NCBI GenBank assembly: GCA_016782825.1
Contig: JADHXT010000002.1
Location: 1 to 37,016, forward strand
Reading direction: 5' to 3'
Length of the DNA stretch: 37,016 nucleotides
Source of the DNA: Candidatus Brocadiia bacterium
GTDB lineage: Bacteria; Planctomycetota; PUPC01; DSUN01
Made by a program: the position numbers and the translations under genes. Below the pieces are notes generated by a model that saw only the letters and a program-made list of their open reading frames with translations, searched no databases and was not told where the DNA came from. Shown here one piece after another: positions 8,863 through 18,129 of this stretch; the stretch's first letter is position 1, and every line of letters starts with the position of its first letter.

Positions 8863-9227
8863 CAGCCGTCCTCTGGCTGTGGTGCGGTGCGGCCGTCGAG
8901 CAGCGGGCACCACGGGTGGTCGTGGATCTTCTCCAGCGGCACGGCCACGGGCAGCAGCCACACGTAGGCGGCGCACAGCAGCAGCGTGACGACGCCCACG
9001 AGCGCGGTGCGCGGTTGCCTCTTGAGCAGGCCGGCCACGATGGCGATGAGGCCCAACACGCTGGCGGCGAGCGCCAGAGCGGCCTGCGCGTGGGCGACGG
9101 TTCTGCCGAAGCCCTCGACGTCGGCATACAGCAGGCCGAAGAGACACAGCACCGCGAGCGCCAGGCCGATGGTGGCGAGGCAGGAGGCCCGGCTTGCGGG
9201 TGAAGCGTTGTCGGCGGATTTGGGCAT
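8862..9227 (-). CDS. small integral membrane protein (about 3 TM helices), translationally coupled to uvrC
   Basis: ATG 9227 is preceded by GAGGAA. There are three hydrophobic spans. The stop TGA shares one base with the uvrC ATG (TGATG at 8860-8864). Confidence 0.55.
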   Translation of the reverse strand: MPKSADNASPASRASCLATIGLALAVLCLFGLLYADVEGFGRTVAHAQAALALAASVLGLIAIVAGLLKRQPRTALVGVVTLLLCAAYVWLLPVAVPLEKIHDHPWCPLLDGRTAPQPEDG

Positions 9228-9252
9228 GGGATTCCTCGTGCTGCGAGCAGGC

Positions 9253-9281
9253 TTGCGTGGGTGTCGGGCGGCTGCTATCAT
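9253..9281 (+). promoter_or_regulatory. sigma70-like promoter for the MFS transporter gene
   Basis: TTGCGT (9253-9258), 17-nt spacer, TATCAT (9276-9281). Confidence 0.35.
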
Positions 9282-9295
9282 GCCGCACGCTTTTC

Positions 9296-9324
9296 ATTAT
9301 AGCCTGCGAGGGGCGGCTTGGCTA
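9296..9324 (-). promoter_or_regulatory. sigma70-like promoter for the membrane-protein/uvrC operon
   Basis: On the minus strand there is a perfect TATAAT (9301-9296) with TAGCCA (9324-9319) 17 nt upstream. Confidence 0.3.
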
Positions 9325-10538
9325 CGCCCTCCATGCGGCAGATCGAGTGTGCCCGCAGCAATCCACGGAGTTGGCCATTGGCAAACGCACGGCGCAGCGT
9401 GTGGTGGATGCTCGGGGGCATGGCGGTGTGCCATGCTTCCAGCGATTTCTATGCGACGACGCTCACGCCGCTGGTCGAGACGTTTCGGCAGGAGTTCGGG
9501 CTGACGAAGGCGGGCATCGCCACGGTGGGCGCGGTGGTGGGTGTGTTTGGCTCGATGCTCCAGCCGCTGTTCGGCATCTGGAGCGACGGGGCGCGTCGCG
9601 GCACGATGGCGGCGGTGGGGCTGGCGGTGTCGGCGGTGTTCATGAGCCTCATCGGGCTGGCGCCCAACGCGGTGGCGCTCACGGCTCTGCTGGTGCTGGG
9701 CGCGCTGGGCGTGGCGGCGTTCCACCCCAGCTCGGCGGTGCTGGCCACGGCGCCGACGAGCAAGCGCAGCCTGGCCATGGGGCTCTTTCTGGCCGGCGGC
9801 GGCGTGGGGCTGGCGCTGGCGCCGCTGGTGGTGCCGCTGGTGGTGGACACGCTGGGGCTGCGCGGCCTGTGGGTGCTCTGCGTGCCGGGCCTGGGGTTGG
9901 CGGTGTGGCTGTTTGCCTCCACGCGGAGCGAGCCGGCGGTGGTGCGGGAGCGGCGGCCCTTCGTCGCGCGAGCCATGTTCGCTCGGGGCACGGGGCCTAT
10001 CTGGGCGCTCTTCGGCACGGCGCTGCTGCGGTCGCTGTTGATCACGGCGTTCATCTTCTTCATTTCGGTGCTGGGCGCGCAGCGGGGGTGGGACCGTGCG
10101 ACGTCGGGGCGGGTGCTGTCGCTGTTCCTGGCGTGCAGCTTCGTGGGGGGAATGCTGGGCGGCTGGTGGGGGCAGGAGCACGACGGGGTGCGGCTGCTGG
10201 CGTGGTCGTCGGCGCTCACGGCGCCGCTGCTGTGGTGGTTTGCGGCGGAGACGGGGTGGACGTCGATCGCGGCCTTTGGCGCGGCGGGCTTCGTGTTTGG
10301 CACGGGCACGCCGTTGAACATCTCGCTGGGCCAGGAGCTGCGGCCCGAGAGCGCGAGCCTGGTGAGCGGCCTGATGATGGGGCTGGCGTGGGGCAGCGCG
10401 AACCTGCTGCTCATCCCCGTGGGCGCCATGGGCGAACACATGGGCATCGCGTGGGCGCTTCAGCTTGTGGCGTGGGCGGGCGTGGGGGCGGCGGCGTGCA
10501 TGGTGTGCGTGCCCTCGCCGCGGCGCGCCGGTGCGTGA
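9318..10538 (+). CDS. MFS transporter (Fsr/fosmidomycin-resistance-like)
   Basis: About 12 hydrophobic segments and an MFS loop motif (GIWSDGARRG). The start is uncertain: TTG 9318 after GAGGGG, or ATG 9342 or 9408. Confidence 0.7.
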   Translation: MATPSMRQIECARSNPRSWPLANARRSVWWMLGGMAVCHASSDFYATTLTPLVETFRQEFGLTKAGIATVGAVVGVFGSMLQPLFGIWSDGARRGTMAAVGLAVSAVFMSLIGLAPNAVALTALLVLGALGVAAFHPSSAVLATAPTSKRSLAMGLFLAGGGVGLALAPLVVPLVVDTLGLRGLWVLCVPGLGLAVWLFASTRSEPAVVRERRPFVARAMFARGTGPIWALFGTALLRSLLITAFIFFISVLGAQRGWDRATSGRVLSLFLACSFVGGMLGGWWGQEHDGVRLLAWSSALTAPLLWWFAAETGWTSIAAFGAAGFVFGTGTPLNISLGQELRPESASLVSGLMMGLAWGSANLLLIPVGAMGEHMGIAWALQLVAWAGVGAAACMVCVPSPRRAGA

Positions 10539-10547
10539 CGCGGGGCG

Positions 10548-11153
10548 TCAGCCTTCTTCGACGGCCTCGGGGCCGCCGGCCTGCTCGAGTTCCTCTTCGG
10601 TGAACAGGTCGGGCTGCTGGATGATGGCCATTTCCATGAGCTGGCGGATGACGCGGCGGGTGAGGGTGCGGCTGTCGGTGTAGAAGCCGGCGTAGTGGCG
10701 GCCCTGGTCGTCGGAGGGCAGTTGCTCGGCGAGGAGGGTCATGTGGATGTCGCGGGAGAGGTTGATGGTCACCCAGTTGTTGGCGAGCTTCTCGGCGGCG
10801 TGGGTGAGGATATGCACGTTGGGCGCCCAGGGGCGCACCTCGATGTCGGGCACGCCGATGATGTAGATGTGGCGGGCCGCGTCGGCCAGCTTGTGGTAGT
10901 GCTCGATGTGGGGTTCGAGGAGGCTCAGGCGGCGGAAGACGGAGTAGAGGGTGCAGCGGTGGCGGTCGGAGAAGCAGGCATTCTCGATGCGGCGGCTCAT
11001 GAAGTTGAGCGTCGCCTCGGAACTGGTGAAGTGGTATTCGCCGTCGAGCAGGTCGCCCTCCACCGCGTCGAAGAGCGGCGCGGGGTCCTTGTGCTCGCGG
11101 ATCTGCTGGATGTCCACGATGAGATCGTGGAACGGGGGCTTCTCGTGGACCAC
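10548..11153 (-). CDS. DICT-like sensory domain protein (tentative)
   Basis: The core VFRRLSLLEPHIEHYHKLADAARHIYIIGVPD...LANNWVTINLSRDIHMTLLAEQL resembles the DICT domain pattern as I remember it. I prefer GTG 11153 (SD GGAGGA at 11165-11160) because a TTGACA-N18-TAGAAT promoter overlaps the track start at 11204. Confidence 0.5.
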   Translation of the reverse strand: MVHEKPPFHDLIVDIQQIREHKDPAPLFDAVEGDLLDGEYHFTSSEATLNFMSRRIENACFSDRHRCTLYSVFRRLSLLEPHIEHYHKLADAARHIYIIGVPDIEVRPWAPNVHILTHAAEKLANNWVTINLSRDIHMTLLAEQLPSDDQGRHYAGFYTDSRTLTRRVIRQLMEMAIIQQPDLFTEEELEQAGGPEAVEEG

Positions 11154-11194
11154 GCACAATCCTCCAGGCGCCGCAGAATGGCCTCGTACGGCGA

Positions 11195-11224
11195 ATTCTA
11201 GCATGTTGGCGTCCGGACTGTCAA
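11195..11224 (-). promoter_or_regulatory. sigma70-like promoter for the DICT-like gene
   Basis: Minus strand: TTGACA (11224-11219), 18-nt spacer, TAGAAT (11200-11195). Confidence 0.4.
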
Positions 11225-11226
11225 GG

Positions 11227-11255
11227 TTGCCCAGCCCCGCGGTTTGTGGTTAAAT
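11227..11255 (+). promoter_or_regulatory. sigma70-like (extended -10) promoter for leuC operon
   Basis: TTGCCC (11227-11232), 17-nt spacer ending in TGg, TTAAAT (11250-11255). It sits back-to-back with the divergent promoter. Confidence 0.35.
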
Positions 11256-11282
11256 GATGGAATTGAAGGATCGGAGACTGCC

Positions 11283-12604
<1,322 letters not shown>

Positions 12605-12608
<4 letters not shown>

Positions 12609-13099
12609 GCAAGGCATTCGTCTTCGGCGACGATATCGATACCGACGCCATCATCCCCGCCACCTACCTCGTGACCACCGACCCCAAGGAGCTGGGCGCC
12701 CGCGCCATGGCCGGCAGCGATCAGCCCGACTTTGCCAAACAGGTGGCCGAAGGCGACGTGATTGTGGCCGGCGAAAACTTTGGCTGCGGCTCGAGCCGCG
12801 AGCACGCCCCTCTGGCGCTCCTCGGCGCCGGCGTGTCGTGCGTCATCGCGCGCAGCTTCGCACGGATTTTCTACCGCAACTCCATCAACATCGGCCTGCC
12901 CGTGCTCGAGTGCCCCGAGGCCGTGGACGGCATCTCAGCCGGCGACGCCGTCGACGTGCACCTGGCCACCGGCTCGGTGGTGAACACCACGACGGGCCAG
13001 AAGTTCCAGGCTCAGCCGATGCCGGAGTTCATGCGCGACATCTTCGACGCCGGCGGCCTCGTCGAGTTCGCCAAGCAGCGGCTTCAGAGCCGAGAGTAG
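12605..13099 (+). CDS. leuD: 3-isopropylmalate dehydratase small subunit
   Basis: ATGA overlap with leuC after SD GGAGGAG. Motifs [13 protein letters not shown] and [13 protein letters not shown]. Confidence 0.85.
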
Positions 13100-13107
13100 G
13101 AACGGAC

Positions 13108-13347
13108 ATGCCCATCTACGAATACGAGTGTGGGGCCTGCGGCCACGCCTTCGAGCGGCTCGAAAGCATGAGCAAGCCCACGGTGCACACGTGCCCCGAG
13201 TGCGGCAGGAAGAAGGCCACGCGCCAGCTATCCACCTTTGCCGGCATGGTGAAGAGCGAGACGCCGTCGTGCGGCGACCGCGGCGCGGCCTGCCGCGGCA
13301 GCGACAGCGTGTGTGCCTCGGGGCGCTGCCCCATGAGCGGCGCCTGA
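13108..13347 (+). CDS. FmdB-family zinc-ribbon protein
   Basis: [16 protein letters not shown]...HTCPECG is the CxxC...CxxC signature of this family; 79 aa. Confidence 0.75.
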   Translation: MPIYEYECGACGHAFERLESMSKPTVHTCPECGRKKATRQLSTFAGMVKSETPSCGDRGAACRGSDSVCASGRCPMSGA

Positions 13348-13389
13348 CCCGACTACTGCACCCGCCTTCTTTCACCGGGGATCCGCAGC

Positions 13390-14646
13390 ATGTTCCGCAG
13401 GTTGAGTCCTCCCGCCGTCTACATCACCCGTGAGGCCGAGAGCGACGAGCGCTGCGCCCGCCGTGTCGAGCGCATGCTTGGGGCCATCGACTGCGACCAC
13501 ATCGAGCGCGGCGTCACCGACGAGCGGCTCGCCGAGATCGTCCAGGAAAGCGGCTGGCAGCAGCCCTTCCGCTGGGGACAGCAGGCCGCTCCCCGCGACC
13601 CGGCCATCGTCTTCAACACCTGCAAGAACGACCACTCGCCCGAAGAGCGCGAGCGCAGGCTCGAGCAGTTTCCCGCTCTGCGTTTCGCCCGGCTCAGCGG
13701 CTACGGCGGCTTCGACTTCCGCAGCGACGGCTCGCCGGCCTATCGCGAGCGCGAGGGGCGCATCTGCCAGTCGGCCTGGGAGTTCCACACCATCTGGGGC
13801 TGCCCCTTCCGCTGCGCCTATTGCTGGTTTGGCGCCGTGCTCAACGTGATGGTGGACATCGAGGCGTTCCTCGAGCACGCCGACCGCCGCATCCGCGAGC
13901 TCGACCCGCCCCAGACCATCTACAAGTGGGACAACGGCACCGACATCAACTGCTTCGAGCCCGAGTACGACGCCACCCGGCTGATGGTGGACTACTTCGC
14001 CCGCCAGGAGCGCAACCGCCTGCTGCTTTATACGGGCAAGAGCGACCACGTGGACTTCATGCTCGATTATCCGCACGGCGGCCACACGATCATCCAGTGG
14101 AGCCTGAGCGGCCGCACGCAGAGCACGGTGCTCGAGCCCGAGACGGCGCCGTGGAACCGCCGGGTGGAGGCCGCGGCCAAATGTCAGGCGGCCGGGTATC
14201 CCATCCGCTTCCGCTTCTCGCCCATCATCCCCGTGCGCGGGTGGCGCGAGGAGAACCGCGAGCTGATCGAGCTGATCTTCGCGACGACGCGGCCCGACAT
14301 CATGGTGTTGTGCATGCTCGGCTGGATGGACTACGACGTGGCGGCTGCGTGCGTGGACATGTCGCTGCTCGACGAGCAGATGGTGCGGGCCATGGAAGGC
14401 ACGGCGCCGTTTCTCAAGGGGCGGCGCTACGGCCCGCTGCCGCACGACGCGCGGGCGGAAATCTACCGCTTTCTGTTCGATGAGATTCGCCGGGTGAGCC
14501 CGAACACGCCCGTGACGCTGTGCCTCGAGACGCCGGCCATGTGGGCCGAGTTCGGCCGCCGTCCACCCCAGGTGGGCGCCTCCTACCCGTGCGTGTGCGG
14601 CCCCTACTGCACGCCCGGCCACCCGAAGTTCCTGCCGACCGCCTAG
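13390..14646 (+). CDS. spore-photoproduct-lyase-family radical SAM protein
   Basis: EFHTIWGCPFRCAYCWF matches the SPL-type HT...CPFxCxYC (CX3CX2C) cluster context. Confidence 0.6.
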   Translation: MFRRLSPPAVYITREAESDERCARRVERMLGAIDCDHIERGVTDERLAEIVQESGWQQPFRWGQQAAPRDPAIVFNTCKNDHSPEERERRLEQFPALRFARLSGYGGFDFRSDGSPAYREREGRICQSAWEFHTIWGCPFRCAYCWFGAVLNVMVDIEAFLEHADRRIRELDPPQTIYKWDNGTDINCFEPEYDATRLMVDYFARQERNRLLLYTGKSDHVDFMLDYPHGGHTIIQWSLSGRTQSTVLEPETAPWNRRVEAAAKCQAAGYPIRFRFSPIIPVRGWREENRELIELIFATTRPDIMVLCMLGWMDYDVAAACVDMSLLDEQMVRAMEGTAPFLKGRRYGPLPHDARAEIYRFLFDEIRRVSPNTPVTLCLETPAMWAEFGRRPPQVGASYPCVCGPYCTPGHPKFLPTA

Positions 14647-15809
14647 TCGGCCGCCTTCCCCATCATCGCGTCGGTCATGCGCGCCACCTGGCTCATCTCG
14701 GCCACGTCGTGGACGCGCACGATGCGCGCGCCTTGTGCGATGCCGTAGGCCACGGTGGCCGCGGTGCCGAAGGCGCGCTCCTCGACCGGCAGGCCGAGGG
14801 TCTTGCCGATGAAGCTCTTGCGCGACGTGCCGAGCAGGATGGGCCGGCCCAGGCTGCGCAGCTCGGGCAGGCGCCGCAGGATGGCCAGGTTGTGTGCGAG
14901 GGTCTTGCCGAAGCCGATGCCGGGGTCCACGAGAATCTGCTGCTCGTCCACGCCGGCGTCCACGGCCAGGGCCAGGCTCTCGCGCAGGGAGCCCACGATC
15001 TCGCCCATCAGGTCGTCGTAGTGCGGGGCCTGCTGCATGGTGCGGGGCGTGCCCTGCATGTGCATGAGGCACAAGGGGGCGCCGGAGTCGGCGGCTACGG
15101 CGGCCATCTGCGGGTCGGCGCGGAGGGCGGTCACGTCGTTCAGCAGCGTGGCGCCGGCATCCAGGGCGGCCCGGGCCACGGCGGCCTTCGCGGTATCGAT
15201 GGAGAGGGGAACGGCGGTCTCGGCCGCCAGGCGCTCGATGACGGGCACCACGCGGCGGCATTCTTCGTCGGCGTCCACGGCCGCCGCGCCGGGCCGGGTG
15301 GACTCGCCGCCGATGTCGAGCAGGTCGGCGCCCTGGTCCACCAGCAGGAGGCCCTGGGCGACGGCGGCGGCGTGGTCGAGAAACTCGCCGCCGTCGGAGA
15401 AGGAGTCGGGCGTCACGTTCACAATACCCATGACGAGCGTGCGGCCGCCGAGGGAAAGGGCACCGCCACCGCAGCGCAGCGAAAAGGTGGTGCGCTCCCA
15501 GGCCTCGAGGGTGACGCGGAGGGCATGGGCCAAGGTGTCGGCTTCGGTGGCGAGCGCGCGCAGCAGCGGCCCGGCACGCTCGGCCATGAAGTGGACGATG
15601 GCGTCGGCGCCACCGGTGCGCACCTCGCCGCCGCAGGCCTCGGTGGCGCGGATGAGGGCGGCGGCCTGTGCCTCGGCGATTCGCTCGAGCTTGAGCACCC
15701 ACTGCCCGAGGACCGGGCGGCGGCCGCCGAGCTGCTCGATGGCGTCGGCCGGAGCCGGGTCGGCGGGGCCGGCGAGCACGCGCGGGTTGTGCGGGAGCCG
15801 TGCAGTCAC
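14643..15809 (-). CDS. folP: dihydropteroate synthase with about 110-aa N-terminal extension
   Basis: VMGIVNVTPDSFSDGG, DIGGESTRPG, SIDT, NDV and GTSRKSF. GTG 15809 overlaps the scpB stop (GTGA). The start is uncertain (alternative ATG about 74 codons in). Confidence 0.8.
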   Translation of the reverse strand: MTARLPHNPRVLAGPADPAPADAIEQLGGRRPVLGQWVLKLERIAEAQAAALIRATEACGGEVRTGGADAIVHFMAERAGPLLRALATEADTLAHALRVTLEAWERTTFSLRCGGGALSLGGRTLVMGIVNVTPDSFSDGGEFLDHAAAVAQGLLLVDQGADLLDIGGESTRPGAAAVDADEECRRVVPVIERLAAETAVPLSIDTAKAAVARAALDAGATLLNDVTALRADPQMAAVAADSGAPLCLMHMQGTPRTMQQAPHYDDLMGEIVGSLRESLALAVDAGVDEQQILVDPGIGFGKTLAHNLAILRRLPELRSLGRPILLGTSRKSFIGKTLGLPVEERAFGTAATVAYGIAQGARIVRVHDVAEMSQVARMTDAMMGKAAD

Positions 15810-16330
15810 GGGATTTGCAGCTCTTCGGCGTTGGGCAGATCTTCGAGGTTCTTGAGGCCGAACGCTTCGAGGAAGCGCCGGGTGGTGCCGTAGAGGAAGG
15901 GGCGGCCGAGCACTTCGGCGCGGCCCAGGATGCGGACGAGGCCGCGCTCCTGGAGCGCGCGCAGCACGGCGTCCACCTGCACGCCGCGGATGGCCTCGAT
16001 GTCGGCGCGATGGATGGGCTGGCGGTAGGCCACGATGGCGAGGGTCTCGAGCGCGGCCTGCGAGAAGCGGGCCTTGCGTTCGCTCTTGTGGAGCTGCTCG
16101 ACGTAGTCGGCGTATTCGAGATTGGAGAGCAAGCGGAAGCCGCCGGCGATCTCCTCGATCTGGATGCCGCGATGGGCCTCGGCGTGGTCTTTCTGGAGCG
16201 CTTCGACGGCGCGGCGCACCACGTTGGCGTCGGCGAGGCCGAGCACGTCGCGCAGCCGGCGCGTGGTGAGCGGCTCGTCGGCGGCGAAGAGGAGGGCTTC
16301 GAGGATGTTCTTGAGCAACTGCTCGTCCAT
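15806..16330 (-). CDS. scpB: segregation and condensation protein B
   Basis: ILEALLFAADEPL..., ETLAIVAYRQPI and GRPFLYGTT. ATG 16330 gives 174 aa. Confidence 0.85.
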   Translation of the reverse strand: MDEQLLKNILEALLFAADEPLTTRRLRDVLGLADANVVRRAVEALQKDHAEAHRGIQIEEIAGGFRLLSNLEYADYVEQLHKSERKARFSQAALETLAIVAYRQPIHRADIEAIRGVQVDAVLRALQERGLVRILGRAEVLGRPFLYGTTRRFLEAFGLKNLEDLPNAEELQIP

Positions 16331-16346
16331 GGGATGGGGTCTCGTA

Positions 16347-17000
16347 TCAGCGGGTAGCCGCGCGCTGGCCGACGTGGTGGCGGATGCGGGCCAGCGCCTG
16401 GTGGACGGCGGCGATGACGGCGCTGGAGGTGATGGTGGCGCCGGGGATGGCGGCGACGTGTTGGTTCTCGCTGTCGGGCGCATTGGGGTCGCGGTACGGA
16501 GCGTTGGTGATCAGATCGAGCATCGCTTCGGGCAGGCGCTCGAACTCCCGCTGGAACTCGGGCTCGGTGCAGCGGCTGCCGAGGCCGGGCGTCTCGAGCT
16601 GGCCGACGACCGTGATGGCTTTGACAGTGAACTGCCGCGGGCCGTATGCACTGGCCTGGTGGGCCGCCACGACGACGTGCACCTTGCTGGAGTAGCCCTG
16701 GGCCTTGCCCTCGGCGGCGTAGAAACGACCGCTCTTGGGGGCCTCCGCCTCGTAGACGACGAAGGGCGGCGCCTGCTGGCCGCCGTCGAGGGCGGGATAG
16801 GTGTGCTCCTCCCAGGGGCGCTTGGCGTCGGGGCTTTCGTCCAGCGGGAGGCCGAGCACGACGCTCAGGCCGCGGGCCTTCTTCAACTCCACCTGGTAGC
16901 GAATCCTGTCGTACGTAGCCTGGTACGAAACGGCGAGGCCGGCGGCGGAGAACAGCGAGATGAGCCCGAGCACGAGGGGGAAGCGGACGGCATCGGTCAT
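16347..17000 (-). CDS. rnfG: Rnf complex subunit G (FMN-binding)
   Basis: N-terminal TM helix, ETPGLG, and the FMN attachment motif PGATITS. ATGA overlap with rnfD after GGAGGG. Confidence 0.75.
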   Translation of the reverse strand: MTDAVRFPLVLGLISLFSAAGLAVSYQATYDRIRYQVELKKARGLSVVLGLPLDESPDAKRPWEEHTYPALDGGQQAPPFVVYEAEAPKSGRFYAAEGKAQGYSSKVHVVVAAHQASAYGPRQFTVKAITVVGQLETPGLGSRCTEPEFQREFERLPEAMLDLITNAPYRDPNAPDSENQHVAAIPGATITSSAVIAAVHQALARIRHHVGQRAATR

Positions 17001-18127
17001 GGCTTGTCCCTCCGCCCGAACACCTTAGGCTTCGTGTGGCGGTCGATCAGCGGCGTGGCCGTGTTCATCAGCAGGATGGCGTAGCACACGCCCTCGGGGT
17101 AGCCGCCGTACCGGCGAATCACCGTGGTGAGCACGCCGCAGCCGATGGCGAAAATCACCTGGCCGCGGGTCGTGACGGGCGACGTGACCATGTCCGTGGC
17201 CATGAAGAACGCCCCGAGAAACAGCCCGCCCGCCAGCACGTGGAACAGGGGCTGGCCGGCAAACCAGATGTAGTAGCGCGTCCCTTCCGCCTGCACCGGC
17301 AGCGGCAGCGCCCACGACAGGAGCGCGGCCGTGCCGATGAAGAGCACGGGCACCTGCCACTTCACGTAGCGCAGCAGAATGAGGGCCATGCCGCCGATGA
17401 GCAGCGCCAGGGCGCTCACCTCGCCGATGCATCCGCCGACGCGGCCCACGAAGAGGTCGCGGGTCGGGGTGCTGCCCTTGGCCTGGATGCTCGCCAGCAC
17501 GGCGATGGCTTCCTCGCGGGTCTTGGGCACGGGGAGGCGGGCGGTCTTGCCCTTGTTGAACATCTTGAGCTGCTTCTTGGCCTTCGTGAGCGGCGTGGCG
17601 GCCGTGACGGCGTCGACGGTGGCTGCCCTGTGGTGGTAGGGCACGGGCCAGCCCGCGCCGGCCGTCACGAGCGCGGCCCACGCGGAGAGCACGAAGGCGC
17701 GGCCCATGAGAGCCGGGTTCCAGATGTTGCACCCCAGCCCACCGAAGGCTTGCTTCACGACGGCGATGGCCACGAACGACGCCGTGACCGGCACGTACCA
17801 CGGCGCGTGCACGGGCAGCACGAAGGCCACCAGCAGGCCGGTGAGCACGGCGCTGCCGTCGGACACGGTGATGGGCTGCTTGCGGAGCTTCTGGCACGCG
17901 GCCTCGGTGGCCACGGCCGTGACGGTGGCGAGCAGCGTGACCCACAGCGCGCGGGGCCCGAAGACGGCCACCGCACAGGCCAGCGCCGGCAGCAGCGTGA
18001 AGCTCACCGTCCACATGATGCGTGGGATCGAGTCGGCGTCGCGCGTGTGAGGCGACGTGCTGACGACAAGCGGCGGCGAGCCCTGCGGCTCTGCGGCGTC
18101 GGCGGCGGTGCGTTCGTCGGCGGCCAT
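16997..18127 (-). CDS. rnfD: Rnf complex subunit D
   Basis: Polytopic membrane protein with FGGLGCNIWNPAL, DAVTAATPL (FMN site) and ATDMVTSP. ATG 18127. Confidence 0.85.
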   Translation of the reverse strand: MAADERTAADAAEPQGSPPLVVSTSPHTRDADSIPRIMWTVSFTLLPALACAVAVFGPRALWVTLLATVTAVATEAACQKLRKQPITVSDGSAVLTGLLVAFVLPVHAPWYVPVTASFVAIAVVKQAFGGLGCNIWNPALMGRAFVLSAWAALVTAGAGWPVPYHHRAATVDAVTAATPLTKAKKQLKMFNKGKTARLPVPKTREEAIAVLASIQAKGSTPTRDLFVGRVGGCIGEVSALALLIGGMALILLRYVKWQVPVLFIGTAALLSWALPLPVQAEGTRYYIWFAGQPLFHVLAGGLFLGAFFMATDMVTSPVTTRGQVIFAIGCGVLTTVIRRYGGYPEGVCYAILLMNTATPLIDRHTKPKVFGRRDKP

Positions 18128-18129
18128 GG

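Noticed and set aside
13372-15702. 776-aa minus-strand ORF spanning the SPL-like gene and folP
   Set aside because: It is antisense to a motif-supported radical SAM gene and out of frame with folP. No domain is recognisable.
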